Of a stretch of DNA of 64,000 nt, positions 26,615 to 41,205 are shown one piece after another. Under the pieces are notes generated by a model. It was not told the origin of the DNA and ran no database searches. It was given only the letters and a program-made list of their open reading frames with translations. Where the stretch lies: NCBI GenBank assembly GCA_964016885.1, contig OZ024746.1:83948001-84012000 (forward strand), given 5' to 3'. The position numbers and the translations under genes were made by a program. Within the stretch, counting starts at the first letter, position 1; each line of letters opens with the position of its first letter. Source of the DNA: Eledone cirrhosa. Its lineage: Eukaryota.

Positions 26615-27697
26615 GCATCCGATATCTTTTTCGCCTTAACTCTCCTGCTCTGAGCCGGTGCTGCAGTAAAACCAGAGTCCTGGTGTTTCTCCAGTGCAAG
26701 GTGCATACAATAGTCCACTACGATGATAAAAGGTAGGGAGCCAATGTATCTCCCTGGAGTACTCCAGCCAGTATCTCAAAGAACTCTGTCATCCCATCAG
26801 GTATAATGACTTGGGCTTTGGCGTTGGTGTAGGGCAGTGATATCAGGTCCACTATCTTCTTGGGGATTCCATAAGCCTGTAAGATCTTCATTAGGCAGTG
26901 ACGGTCCACAGAATCAAAGGTATCGGATGCTGAGTTTGCCGACGACATAGTTTTGGTGACAAATACAGTGAAGGAGGCAGAGGATTTGATGCAGGAGGTT
27001 GAGACTGTGTCGATGAGTGTGGGGCTGAGAATGAATGGGACTAAAACAAAATATCTGGTAGAGAATGTTGAGAAATCAGAGGGGATCATTAATGTAGGCG
27101 GGAAGCCGCTAGAATTGGTTGAGGACTTCCTGTATTTGGGAGCAAAGATTGGGAATACGGAAGATGATGTGGTTGAGAGGAAGAGCAAAGCCTGGGCGGC
27201 GTGCCACAGCTTGAGATCGGTGTGGAAGTCGGACATTCGTAAAGACCTGAAAATCCGCCTCTTCATTGCTGCAGTGGAGTCTGTGCTGCTGTACGGGTCT
27301 GAGACTTGGACACTGACCAAGAAACTCACTCAGATGGTGGATGGGTGCTTCATGAGAATGCTGGGGATGGCTCTGAGCATTAATCAGTATATACTGAGGA
27401 TGAAAAACTAAGAGCTGTATGGGAGCCTCCCAAAAGTCAGCTCAAAAGTGACACAGAGGAGACTGAGGTTAGCTGGACATGCTCACCAACATCCAGAGTT
27501 GACATTGCACTCAGTGCTCCTGTGGGAGCCCCTACATGGACACACTGGAAAAGGAAGACCAAGGTTAACGTATGTTGATGCCCTAAGGACAGACACTTGT
27601 CTGTTGGTGACGCAGGACATGGCAGCGATAATGAGGAACAGAGACCGCTGGAGAGAACTCGTCCATGGATCTCGGGAATTTTACCCGCCCTAGAAGA
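26615..27697 (+). mobile_element. 5'-truncated, 5'-inverted RTE-type LINE
   Basis: Forward part 26921-27693: EFADDIVL..FLYLG..LLYGSETW..LAGH..GRPR. Inverted part 26615-26920: FDSVDR..GVLQGDTLAPYL. TSD acatacatgcat at 26607-26618 and 27698-27709. Confidence 0.92.
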
Positions 27698-27742
27698 ACA
27701 TACATGCATAGCGAGGTTTTCATGTGTTTATTATACATAAAC

Positions 27743-28030
27743 ATGCATGTTTATGTATAATTGCTTCTACTTTTGGCACAAGGCCAGAAATTATCCCAGT
27801 GTATTACTGGTACTTTATTTTATCGACTCCGTAAGGATGAAAGGCAAAGTTAACCTCGGCGGGATTTGAACTCAGACCATAAAGAGCCGTAACTGGTCTG
27901 AGTTCAAATCCCGCCGAGGTTAACTTTGCCTTTCATCCTTACAGGGTCGATAAAATAAAGTACCAGTAATACACTGGGATAATTTATGGCCTTGTGCCAA
28001 AAGTAGAAACAATTATACATAAACATGCAT
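27743..28030. mobile_element. Head-to-head inverted SINE S1 dimer including duplicated flank
   Basis: Minus copy 27759-27893 fused to plus copy 27894-28013; both end in attatacataaacatgcat. Confidence 0.85.
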
Positions 28031-28474
28031 ATTTACTGGTACGTATATTATACTGACCATTAACCAATAAAATATTCTTCTGTCTTGAAAGACCTATTCT
28101 TGGATATATTCGGAGCGTTGATTCCAAATATATCATTGGTTTTGTCTTGTCACTTCTAGTGTTGGAGATAACATACACCCTATTATATGTTGATATATCT
28201 ATTGACTTGGGAACTGAAATTAGATACCCCAGCAGCATGTTACATTTTACTTCTTTAGAATTTAGACTTATTTTTGGATATATTTGAACTGCTGCTTCTA
28301 AAAATGACAAGAGATCTGTCCTATCAGCTCTAATTAATTAATGATCGGGCTATTTTAATACACAAATAACAACAATATTAATTCTATTAATATATTATAT
28401 GTTATTAAAACAACCACACAGTACCAAATCAGTTAATTTTAGCTCGGAGTGCACTGCATTAGAATCTATAGTAA

Positions 28475-28908
28475 TCTATATATCTAAAACAGAGAATGTC
28501 TGTCTGTCTGACTCCCTAAAACTCGAGAACCACCCAACCGATTGTTTTCAAACTTTACACATGTAATACTTATGGTCGTGTGAGTGTTTTGAGCAAAGAA
28601 AATTTCAAATTTTCAATGCCCTAGGGATCGCATTAGGCGATTTAGCGATCTCTCTATAATTCTTAGTCTTTCTATTTAGACAGATACATAGCTACAACGT
28701 CGCGCCCTTATAATATCTGTCTGCATTACGACATTATGACGCTACCTGTGTCTGTGTGTGTATATATGTATATATAGTGTGTGTATATATATAGTGTGTA
28801 ACGATTTTCGAAATATTTACTTCTGCGTTCTCAGATTGATTTTTTTAGTTTCAGAAGAACCCGTTAATGGTGAAAGCAGCGATTCTTTGCTTAAACTTTA
28901 ATCTGTTA

Positions 28909-28978
<70 letters not shown>

Positions 28979-29124
28979 TATATTCGTGTACATATATTTT
29001 TGCATACACAATAACAAAATATAAACAAACGTATTTATTTCACGAGGCTCGATAAGGATAAATATATATCAAATATATAAGAACCCTAGAGCAAATCCCG
29101 AGCAACGCCGGGCCATTCTGCTAG
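28475..29124 (+). mobile_element. Non-autonomous Helitron
   Basis: 5' TCtatatatctaaaa...(gtct)n; 3' hairpin cccgagcaacgccggg then CTAG; inserted between A and T. Confidence 0.8.
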
Positions 29125-29219
29125 TTGTAACTAAAACGTCAACAATCAACCATAAAAAAAACTATCAGTCATTTAACACATAAGAATCTTCTTTTATAGG
29201 TCTTTCTACAATGTGATTT

Positions 29220-29350
29220 ACCTGGACCCCTTAATGCCGAGCTCCTCCACAATATCTGAACGTCGGCAGCCCACTGAGGAGCCCCACGAGGTGGTGTGGC
29301 TGTTGCAACAGATGTCGCTTGACATTGACCGCGGGAATGCTTTTGAGGTC
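29220..29350 (+). pseudogene. CRE-like non-LTR element C-terminal relic
   Basis: RRQPTEEPHEVVWLLQQMSLDIDRGNAFEV resembles the terminal ...FQRLSIAIQRGNA motif. Confidence 0.5.
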
Positions 29351-29559
29351 CCGCCCGCGAGGTGCAGCCCAATTACCACCGCACCCTAGGCTCAGAGAAC
29401 AATTACCCTCCACATTCTTCTGTGACCCGAGAGCCATCGCCTTTCACTTCCTTTTCCGTTTGTTTGTTTTTTTAAATATTTTCTTATTTTACACTCCATT
29501 ATTTCTGTGTAACATTGAGAAATCATAACGATAAGCGTTTCTCTACATAAAATCCCCTG

Positions 29560-30050
29560 AAGGTTCTGGCAGTAAACACTGCCATCATATATAAATTCCA
29601 TTTTCCTGGTACCTCTCCTTACTGTTTATATATCACAATGAAATATTTTTCTTTGCTCTTTGCTTATATCATCAAACTTCCCTAGAAATTGATCTAAGTG
29701 ACTGTGATGGTAATGGACCTTGATGCTCAGCTTCAACTAATCTTACTGAAATTGCAGAGCATGTCTTCTATTAATTAAGCAGAGTTATTTGCTTTGATTT
29801 TTCCGGGAATGTTTTTGACAAATAGAACAAATAAAAACCATGCACAGGACTCAATGTTATCAATTGAATCCATGAAATGTGAATCTTTTATAATTTCTCT
29901 TATTTGAGGACTCCCTTATTTGAGGACTACTTTAACTTTTACTGTTCTGAAATACAGGGAATTTATTGCTTAAGTAACCAAAGTAAACGCTTCCCTTGTT
30001 TAATGCTTTTGCTTTTAGTCTTTGTATTGAAATAAACTGTGGTTGTTCTA
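29560..30050 (-). pseudogene. Chapaev3 (CMC)-type transposase C-terminal relic
   Basis: PQIREIIKDSHFMDSIDNIESCAW...VKNIPG and LSIKVHYHHSHLDQFLGKFDDISKEQRKIFHCDI (cf. MSLKIHFLHSHLDFFPENLGAVSDEHGERFHQDI). Confidence 0.7.
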
Positions 30051-30228
30051 AGATGCAAGCTATTGAATTCTATTGACTAGTACTTTATTTTATCGAATCT
30101 GGAAGGATGAAAGGTAAAGTTGACTTTGGCGGGGTTTGAACTCAGGGCTAGAAAAAAAAACACGTAGCATCATTTTATCCGACGCTCTAGCAATTCTTCC
30201 ATTCAATCACCATTGCAGCTTGCATTAT

Positions 30229-30412
30229 GTGAATTGGCAGTATCGGTAGAGGGTTGGATTATGCTTTCCAACAGAGTTACGTCCCTTTACGATCTGAGTT
30301 CAATTCCCGCCGAGGTTAACTTTGCCTTTCATCCTTACGGGGTCGATAAAATAAAGTACCAGTAATGTACTGGGATAATTGCTGGCCTTGTGCCAAAAAG
30401 TAGAAACAATTA
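30229..30412 (+). mobile_element. SINE S1 (older opposite-strand copy at ~30070-30210)
   Basis: Consensus match. Confidence 0.88.
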
Positions 30413-30961
30413 TAACAATATGCTAATATCGTTGTTAATTTTTATATCAAAGTTGTAGGTTATTAATTAATTAGAGTTGATTAGGCAAATCTGTTGCTAT
30501 TTTTGGAATCTATAATCCAAATATGCCCAAACATAATTCTAAATTCTAAGACACCAAAAGCCTAAGATGAAACTGGGATCACTAATTTCAATGTATGAGT
30601 GGATACATCAGTATATAAAGGAGTATGATGGATTTCCAAAATTAGAGTTAACAGGATAAAACTGATGGTACATTTGGAATCAATGGACCAAATATACGCC
30701 AATGTTGGTCAATGTTATTGTACACCATATGTATAAAAGGGTAAAGTTAGTCTCGCTGAAATTTGAACTCAGAATAAACAAGGGGAAAAGCTAAATGCTT
30801 CAGTTGTCAATCCAGAATTTTACTTTCTACCAAATACACACACACACACACACCAGAATTTTACTTTCTACCAAACACACACACACACTCACATACACAC
30901 ACACATATACACACATACACATACACACACAGACACACGCACACACACACACACACACACA

Positions 30962-31032
<71 letters not shown>

Positions 31033-31206
31033 TTACATGTAATTAAGAACAAGCATATATGAATACAAATATGCACAACAAACCCATACATACATAACAT
31101 ACACACACACACGCACACATATATAGTAATAATAAATGTGAAGACTAAAATCACACACACACACACACATATATATATATACATATATACATGTATATAT
31201 ATATAT

Positions 31207-31237
<31 letters not shown>

Positions 31238-31238
31238 T

Positions 31239-31283
<45 letters not shown>

Positions 31284-31735
31284 CATATATATTATATATA
31301 TATATATACATATATATACATACACACATATATATATGGGTGTGTGTGTGTACACATCCCTTTCCCATAACTAGTTCAACAGTCCCATTTTGGCGGATGT
31401 CGGCATTTCGTTTTATTTTTTTTTCCTTTTACTGTATTTTTCCTCCCAGAGTTAAGACCTTGTACGACGCCAAAATCTGTCTTGCGTCTTCCTTGCCTAT
31501 TACGCTACTTCGACCTTTTCTCCCAGCTGCCCATACACAGTCGTATTTCTCTTCTTCTCCTTCTCCTCCTTCTCCTCCTTCTCCTCATTGCTCCCATATT
31601 TCCTTCCATTATAGTTCTATCTACTTTCCCCCCTCTAATTTTTGCCTTCTTGTCCTCCTATCCTCGTAACAATCCTTCTACCACCTCTACCCTCTCTCTC
31701 TTTCTATCTCTCTCTCTCCCCTCTCTCTCTTCTCC

Positions 31736-31769
<34 letters not shown>

Positions 31770-31797
31770 ATTTATCTTTTATTCTGAGTCTCTACTC

Positions 31798-32580
31798 TCA
31801 TCACCGCCGTCACCATCACCATCAGCACCACCACCACTGTCATCATCATCCGCACTACCACCACTACCATCACCGCCATCATCACCCACACAACCACCAA
31901 CCACCACCACCACCACCACCACCACCACCGCCTTCATTATCCACACCACCACCGCCGCCATCATTTTCCGCACTACCACCACTACCATCACCGCCATCAT
32001 CACCCACACAACCACCAACCACCACCACCACCACCACCGCCACCACCGCCTTCATTATCCACACCACCACCGCCGCCATCATTATCCGCACTACCACCAC
32101 TACCATCACTGCCATCATCACCCACACAACCACCACCACCACCACCACCACCACCACCACCACCACCGCCTTCATTATCCACACCACCACCGCCGCCATC
32201 ATTATCCGCACTACCACCACTACCATCACTGCCATCATTATCAACCACCACCACCACCACCAACCACCAACCACCACCACCACCGCCGCCGCCGCCGCCA
32301 CCATCACAACCACAACCACAACCACCACTGCCATCATCATCATCATCATCCGCACCACCACTACCATCACCGTCATCATCAGCCATCGCCGGCACCACCA
32401 CCACCACCACCACCACCACCGCCGCCGCCACCATCACAACCACAACCACAACCACCACTGCCATCATCATCATCCGCACCACCGCCACCACCACCACCAC
32501 CACTACCACCACCGTCATCATCAGCCGCCGCCGGCACCACCACCACCACCACCACCACCACAACGCTACCATTACCGCAT
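31798..32580. repeat. (CAC/CAT/CGC)n low-complexity tract with ~120-bp higher-order repeat
   Basis: cgccttcattatccacaccacc recurs at ~31929, 32047 and 32167. Confidence 0.85.
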
Positions 32581-32817
32581 TAATAACCCAACTTGCCACA
32601 CCAGTCACTCACTCACTAAGTCACTCACTAAGTCAGTCAGTCAGTCACAATAACCCCAAAACATTCGAAAGTCTTTTTTTTTTTTGCCTTCCTTTTGGTA
32701 CTTACAAAATAAAAACAGTAATGTATATACATATATATAAGAAATAGAGCGGGGAAACACAGCTAGAGAGTTGAATTCAATTTAGTAATAGCCTTTAAAT
32801 ACTTATATTTATATATT

Positions 32818-32848
<31 letters not shown>

Positions 32849-33119
32849 GAATATAGCTCGCCACAAGGGCAACAAAAGACAAACAAAACCATTCAATGCA
32901 GGCCGGTGTATGTAAATAAGTAATCTAGAAAGTATAAGCAAAAGTTACAAGTCAGTTGAAGTCAGTCCACGATGTCGTGGTACAGTGGAGAATATCTTTT
33001 GAGTTTTATTCTGTTTACCATCTTTGGATTAATTCCTGGTAAGTTAATATATGTTTACTTACATTCTACTCTTGTATTTTCTTCTTTTATGGTTAATGTT
33101 TTTCTCTTTTTAGATTCCC

Positions 33120-33666
<547 letters not shown>

Positions 33667-33709
33667 TTGTATGTATATATGTATGTATAAAGTGAGAGAG
33701 AGAGAGAGA

Positions 33710-33803
<94 letters not shown>

Positions 33804-35118
33804 GACACTGGTTAAATGACTCGTAAGAGCATCATTTAACTTAGTATTCGATACTTTAATGAAAGTAGATTGCAAGTATATTACATGTAAACATAAACAA
33901 CCTTTAACCCTCTCTTCCACTCGCTCTCTTTCTCTCTCTTTCAATAATATTATTATTATTAGTATTTTGAATAATACGATCTTGGACCAAGATACTTGCC
34001 AAACAAATGCAAATCCGAAATGTATTATCATAAATATATTATGATAGTATATCACAATTTCCATAATTATATTATCATGGACTACTTACTATTTTACGTT
34101 TTCAAAAACAAGTCTGCGGATATATTACAACAAACAAAACAAAACAATACAATACAAATTATGCAAACATGCAAATAAGGAAAATTCTACGTGGTCGCAT
34201 GACACACTAGAAATAGCTGCTAAATCTTTCTCAATCACACATACACTAGTGGAAACTGAACGTGGTAACCACCCTAGACAACGAAGGAAACCCTGTATGT
34301 CAATATAGACCCTAAAAATTCCAAAAATCAATGGGTCTGCCTAGATTATCGATTGAACTTTGAACTAGAACTTGACAACTTGTATAAGAAATGAAAATAC
34401 ATAGACTACAATCAAACACAACTTGTTTTACATAGATTTCTGATTTATATATAATTAGTTTTATTGTCTATTTATTTTATATTCTGTTTACTGAGTCATT
34501 TATCTAATTATTATATTTGTGGAGGGTCATATTGTTGTAATATTGCCAGAAATAATAACAGAACACACTCACTCTTTGGTTGGTTTTCGCTTCTGAATCT
34601 TTTATATATCTCCATAGTTATTTTATTTGGTAATCAATGTTTATCATTGATTGACCAGCGGTTAAAACTACAGATATAAATATATATATATAGTCTATCA
34701 AAGTTCTTTCGTTGCACATCTGCAACATCATCAATGGTACTATTATGTTCCCTCCTATTATATTGTAATGTCTACGACATATTTAATTATTTAGTTTTAT
34801 ATATACTTGGTGTCAATGAGGGGTTCAAGCGATCGATAATCTAAAAATGTTTGGGATCTGTGGTCGATACAGTTACCCAATCAGTGAAATTTCATTCTAA
34901 TTGCACACATCATTCATCATAAAAAATGGCTGAACACCTTGGAGTCTTGTGTCTTTCGTTTGCCTTTAAAAAAAATGTAAGGGTTTCCCCTTAGAATTTT
35001 CTTTTCATTCTGCCTTGTTTTCATTCGTCTTATTTTCTTTTGTTTTCTCTTTGTCAATTATCCTAATTGTATTATTACACACACACACACACACATATAT
35101 ACAGTATATATATATATT

Positions 35119-35155
<37 letters not shown>

Positions 35156-35364
35156 AATAGCTACCTCAGTTAGAAAGAGGACGTAATTGCTGGCCTTGTG
35201 CCAAAAGTAGAAACAATTATATTCATTGAGAGAATTCAAATACCATTGGTCACAGTGACTGATTGATTTCATATCAGTGGAGAATAATCGGCTTCACCAT
35301 CAGTACACTGTGACGGATTGTATCTTAAATTACCTCAATTATACATAGACATACATACACACGT

Positions 35365-35442
<78 letters not shown>

Positions 35443-37749
35443 AAAAATATATATAGAGAAAGATATATATATATATACATATAAAGAGGGAGATAGAAAG
35501 GGAGATATATATATATATAGAGAGAGAAATCAATATAAAAACAGAGAATAAACACTCAACAACAAGGCGCCATGTTGGAATTGTACACACGGTATAAATT
35601 ATTACAATTGTCAATTTAAAAAAAAAACAAAACAACCTTTCCTATAAAAGAAAGTTCAATTTCAAGTATCTATCATCACCACTCCCTTTTTATCTCCCTT
35701 TCTCTCTTTCTCCTCTCCCCCCTCATCACACACAAACATATATATACACACATATATGTACACACATCTGTATACACACACACACACGTGTTTACTAGTC
35801 TGAAGATGCATCTATCCATTGAGTCTAATTAAAACTATTGTGCATTTTTCTGTGTATAACAGTTGCTTCACGTAATCAACTGTGAACGAAACAGTTACTG
35901 AAGCAGCCGTAATAAGCGAATGTTATACTAAACAATTTCCTTTTTTAATCCTATATATATATATAAGAGAGGGGTTCAGTCAGTATACCGGTCCGGAGGC
36001 TAGAGAATCAAGAGGCATCCATGAATATCTGAAAAAATAAAAACAGCAAAAAAAATCTTTCAGTCACATTGAATTTTGAGAAGAGTTTCCCACTCCGGAA
36101 CTCGAAGCTGTCTTGTAGTGTCTTGCTACATGTCTCTCTAGTTGCGTGATATGAGATGGGATACGATAATGTAGTCTTCCTATGTGTAATCATTGTGTAA
36201 TCGTTATGCTGAAGGAGACAAGATTGACCCCCCCCCCCGCCTATTGGAGCATGTTTTCGAGACCTCTCTGTTCATGGAATTGGTTTCAGATTCGGTATGA
36301 GATGTCGAGGTTGCATAAATGTGACCCGTCAGTGCAGAATGTTAGGAAGCGGTTCTGATGATGATGTAAACTGAGCGTTCATGTATAAAAGATTTTAAGG
36401 GACAAAAACTGGGTTGCAAATGTAGAGATTATTGCTTATAGATCCCTTGTGGTTAAAAAAGGAGAGTTTCACAAAGTTAGTAAATATACTTTTGGTTTTA
36501 CAGTTTTTGAACTCAGGGAACTTGCGAAATATATGTTGCACAGATGCATCTTTGGCGGTTCGAAGCTGTGATGCTCAGCAAGAATTGTCCAGTTTGTAAG
36601 GTTAGGTGAATTTTCCATGTGTAGACCATGCCAGACCTGACCTGCCAACCTCTAAAAATCCAAACGGGGAGTACTGTGAAAAAAAAAATGTTTCAAAACG
36701 GGGAGAAATGAGGCAAAATGGGGAGATTTTATATAATGAAAGCTATACTCATTTTCACAAGAGAAAACATCTCTCACCCGCCCCAAAGTGGAGAGTTGAG
36801 AGGTCTGCCGTGCTTTTTGCCTGAATTGCGACAAGAAAGTTATAACTGAACCATCTGAGGGAATTAAGACAAATGTTTGTTTGTGTGCGTTATGGGGAGG
36901 GACACGCCTAAGATGATGATTTCAGCCACCCAGCTAGCTGTTTTTGGTGATTCAAGGGTATAAAGCACATGTGCTTTCAGAGATAGATAGCAAATAATTG
37001 GTGGAGCTCCGACCAATCAGCTGAATTAAGTTGTCAGATAGATAGCAAATAATTGGTTGAATTGAGGTTTCATATGATACGGAAGGTGGGAGGTAGGGTG
37101 GAGTATGTGGATGTGTAGCAGGTATTCACAATGCAGTAGTGGTCTGTGATGGTTTGGTACATGTTGCGTTTGAAGGTCAGCATAATATAAAGAGTCTTTG
37201 GAGTGTATGAGTGTAAGTCAGGAATTCGCGAAGGTGATGAAAAGTATTTGATGTAGAAAATTTATGACTGCGAAAAATTCGGTATTAGTATGAGAAGATT
37301 GTAAGAAACAAGAATTGTGAGTGTTGAAGTCATCAAGTACAATATCTTTAAATAGGAATACACATACATACGTACATACATATATGCATACATGCATACA
37401 TACATATATAGATAAATATATACATATATGTATGTATGTATGCACTCTATGGAGGAAAACATATGTTCAAAGAGTTCTTGGTGATTAAGAGTTCGGAAGC
37501 AGGTGTGTTTTGACGGAAGAAGGAGAGCAACTTGACGTCAAAATAACAGGAAGTTTTCGTTGCTGATATCCAGGTGAGAGAGATGGGTGTCGGGGTGAGT
37601 GGAATCTACAAACGTGCAGTCTTTAAAAGGGAAGATTGTAATTTGGACAGATAAAATTGACAATAACGAAGCGTGAAAGATTTGTACAAATAATTCACCT
37701 TATATTAAACATAGTAAATAACTATAACGTAAATAACACATACACACAC

Positions 37750-37861
<112 letters not shown>

Positions 37862-38649
37862 ACTTGTCTACCTGTCTGTCTATCTCTCTTTCTGCCAGTC
37901 TGTCTAGTTTGTCCTGGTGCCTGATGAGAGGCCAACCTAAGGTCGCGCGTACATACATGTTAAGTGTATGGAATGTTAATTATACTAAATAAGCTCTCTT
38001 GCAATAGATTGAGCATTGTTTTTCTTGACCTTTTATCTACGGATATCCTTCACACACACACACACAATGTATGTAGATTTATGTTAACCCCGTGGTCAAT
38101 CAACATATGATAACAATTATCATCAAGAGGGAGGGTGGTGGATTCGTCGGTTAAAATACCTTTGCGTTATTTATTTTGGCTTTGCCGAAATCAACTTCGC
38201 TTTTCATCCTTCCGGGGTGTATAAAATAAAGTACCAGTCAAGTGCGGGATCGATTTAATCAACTTTGTCCTTCCCCTAAATTTGATGACCTTGTACTTTA
38301 GAAACTTATTAGAAACTTATAATTAACATTAAGAGGGAGATGGATGAACAAATACGTCTTGTATTTAGTCATGTCTCTTCACGGCCCGAGGTTTCCTCCT
38401 TGGCACTTGTTTGTTTGTATAAGCATGACACTTCGGATACAGTGGAGAGCAAATGGGAAAACATTAGACATCTTCAACTTTTCCCAAGGGTGTGAAGAAA
38501 TTTATGGTTCTAATTGGAATCGAAACTCGGTCTGCAATTCAAAAGTACGCACATATAAACGCGCGCATGCATACACATGGATATGTACGTATACACACGC
38601 ATGCACACACACACACACACACATTTATATATACATCTCTCTCTCTCTC

Positions 38650-38707
<58 letters not shown>

Positions 38708-38938
38708 CAGAAATATATATAATATAAAATCAAAAGATGGTTAAAAGAGTTCCATGTATTTTATTATGCGCATTTCAAAAATAAATATCATCATGGGATG
38801 ATATTTGCGTTCTCATCAGATAAAATAGGGAGACATGATATGAACCTTAAAAAACAATTGCGAGCAGTGAAGTGTTAAATCAACATATCATATATATATA
38901 TATATAAGAATATATATATGAATATATATATATGTATG

Positions 38939-39057
<119 letters not shown>

Positions 39058-40050
39058 CCTGTGTGTGAGTGTCTGAGTGTCTGAGTGTGTGTGTGTGTTT
39101 GTGTGTTTTTGTTTTGCAACATTCTTAACGTTACATTGTGTGTCGAAACAGATAGTGTTTTCACTTCGGTTTTATTATTAGTCAAGTATGAGTTCAAATC
39201 CCGCTGAGTTTAACTTTGCCTTTCATCCTTGCGGGGTAGGTAAATTTAATCGACTTTCCCCTTCGCTAAAATGTGTTGGCCTTTTGCCTAAATCAGAAAC
39301 CATTATTAGTCAAGTAATTATTGAACAAAAGTTCTGCAATGATGGAAATATTAAAAATGGATAAAAAGAAAAGTAATGAAAAAACTAGGGGAAAGGGCAA
39401 AGAAGGGCTTATCTGGCTTTATAGGAGAGTAAAGGGAAGGGCTATAAATGCCATAAATGAGAGGAAAAGGGAGGAAAGAGCAAGGACTACAGGGAAATAG
39501 TAAGGACTATTAGGAAAGCGGATGAAAGAGAGTGGAGATGGGAGAGGGTTTCAGACACTACACCTAGGTCGGAACGGTGTTTCTGCTGTGCCTTGGGTTA
39601 TTGGTTGCAATCCTTCACCATTACTTCATATTAGTTACGTTCCTTTATCATTCTGGAATGGATAAAACAGTATCAATGTAATATTAGAGATAGATTCTAT
39701 CGATTATACTTCTCTTCACAAATATCTGACTTCTTGCCAATTGAATTAACGTATATAATTAATGATAATGATAATAATCATAATAAAGAGAATGGTGGAG
39801 ACTTGGGCTCCACAAGCTCCAGCATAGACAACGTCTTTAGGATAACAGAAACGTTGGATAGTAACAATGATATACAGTAAAGAACGAACTTTGTTCCTGC
39901 CACAGACATCCTCACTAGTGCCGGTGGCACGATGTAATGTAACCAATACTAAAAGAAGAAGAAGAAGAAGAACAACAACAACAGCAGAAAAAAGAACATG
40001 ATATGCACAACAAAGAAGGCTGTGTTTCTCTGTTCTGGTTTGTGTTAAAT

Positions 40051-40269
40051 CAGGCACATCAAACATGCGGCCCGCGGGCCGCATTAAGCCCTTTAGAAGC
40101 ACACCTGCGGCACGCACAAAGGTTTTTACAGCGCGAGCATGTTTTATCTTCATAATATAAAATAAAAACTATTAGCTATAATGTGCGCAATTAGTTGTCA
40201 TGTGTGGCCCTCAGACTTCACATATGTGACCCGTTTGGTCCTCAGGGGACCCTCAGTTTGACATGCCTG
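40051..40269. mobile_element. hAT (Charlie-like) MITE
   Basis: TIRs caggcacatcaaac / gtttgacatgcctg, subterminal atgcggcccgcgggccgcat, perfect 8-bp TSD tgttaaat. Confidence 0.88.
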
Positions 40270-40326
40270 TGTTAAATGACTGTTATTTAAGAGACGAAAA
40301 CGTACCTATGACGAAATCACTGTAAT

Positions 40327-40504
40327 AATTGTTTCTACTTTTGGCACAAGGCCAGCAATTACCCAGTACATTACTGGTACTTTATTTTATCGACCCCGTA
40401 AGGATCAAAGGCAAAGTTAACCTCGGCGGGATTTGAACTCAGAACATAAAGGGACGTAGCTATGCTGGAAAGCATGGCGTCCGACCCTCTACCGATATTG
40501 CCAA
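40327..40504 (-). mobile_element. SINE S1
   Basis: Consensus match. Confidence 0.9.
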
Positions 40505-40710
40505 TAATAATAGCGCCACAATCATCTCTTCATTCAGAGGATGAGATGGAGAAAGTCTCGAAATATTAATGAGTAGAGAACATTTCAATTGCAAATTTAA
40601 CGTTAATGACTTATAAGGAAATACGAAAATTAATAATAAAAACAAAAATAAAAATAGAACACAGGCGTGTTGTCAGTATAAAATGTTTGAAAGAAAAGCT
40701 GTTTCCAACA

Positions 40711-40753
40711 CACAGGGACACACAGGGACACACAGGGACACACAGGGACACAC

Positions 40754-40760
<7 letters not shown>
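40711..40760. repeat. 10-bp minisatellite (cacagggaca)x5 preceding (CA)n
   Basis: Direct inspection. Confidence 0.85.
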
Positions 40761-40837
<77 letters not shown>

Positions 40838-40842
40838 ATGAA

Positions 40843-41095
40843 GGCGCGTAGCTGAGTGGTTAAAGAATTGGATTCACAATCGTGAGGTTGTGATTTCGAT
40901 TCCCGGACCGTGCGATGCGTTATGTCCTTGGGTAAGACACTTTATTTCACGTTGCTCCTTCTGCCTGGAGTTGCGACCGACAGATAGTATTAGTAATTGG
41001 AAAGACCAATGGAAACACTGTTTCTTCGGTCCGATTTGACGAGCTCCAATCCCACTCGTTAAGGGAATGAGGTCTGGGATCATGTCGATCGACTG
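40843..41095 (+). mobile_element. Second tRNA-derived SINE family (CORE-like domain)
   Basis: Head ggcgcgtagctgagtggttaa...ttcgattccc then tgtccttgggtaagacact; related copies at ~43650-43890 and ~54170-54420. Confidence 0.7.

Positions 41096-41205
<110 letters not shown>

Noticed and set aside
31642-32583. 313-aa Pro/His/Thr-rich ORF
   Set aside because: Low-complexity trinucleotide tract open in several frames on both strands, with a non-ATG start
36000-37620. Possible decayed LINE endonuclease region (IVLDDFNTH on the minus strand) and a MITE at ~36632-36807
   Set aside because: Only a single motif and an uncertain TSD; boundaries are not supportable
40843-40910. tRNA-like sequence
   Set aside because: Acceptor stem is poor and it continues into a SINE body; it is a SINE head, as are the S1 A/B boxes
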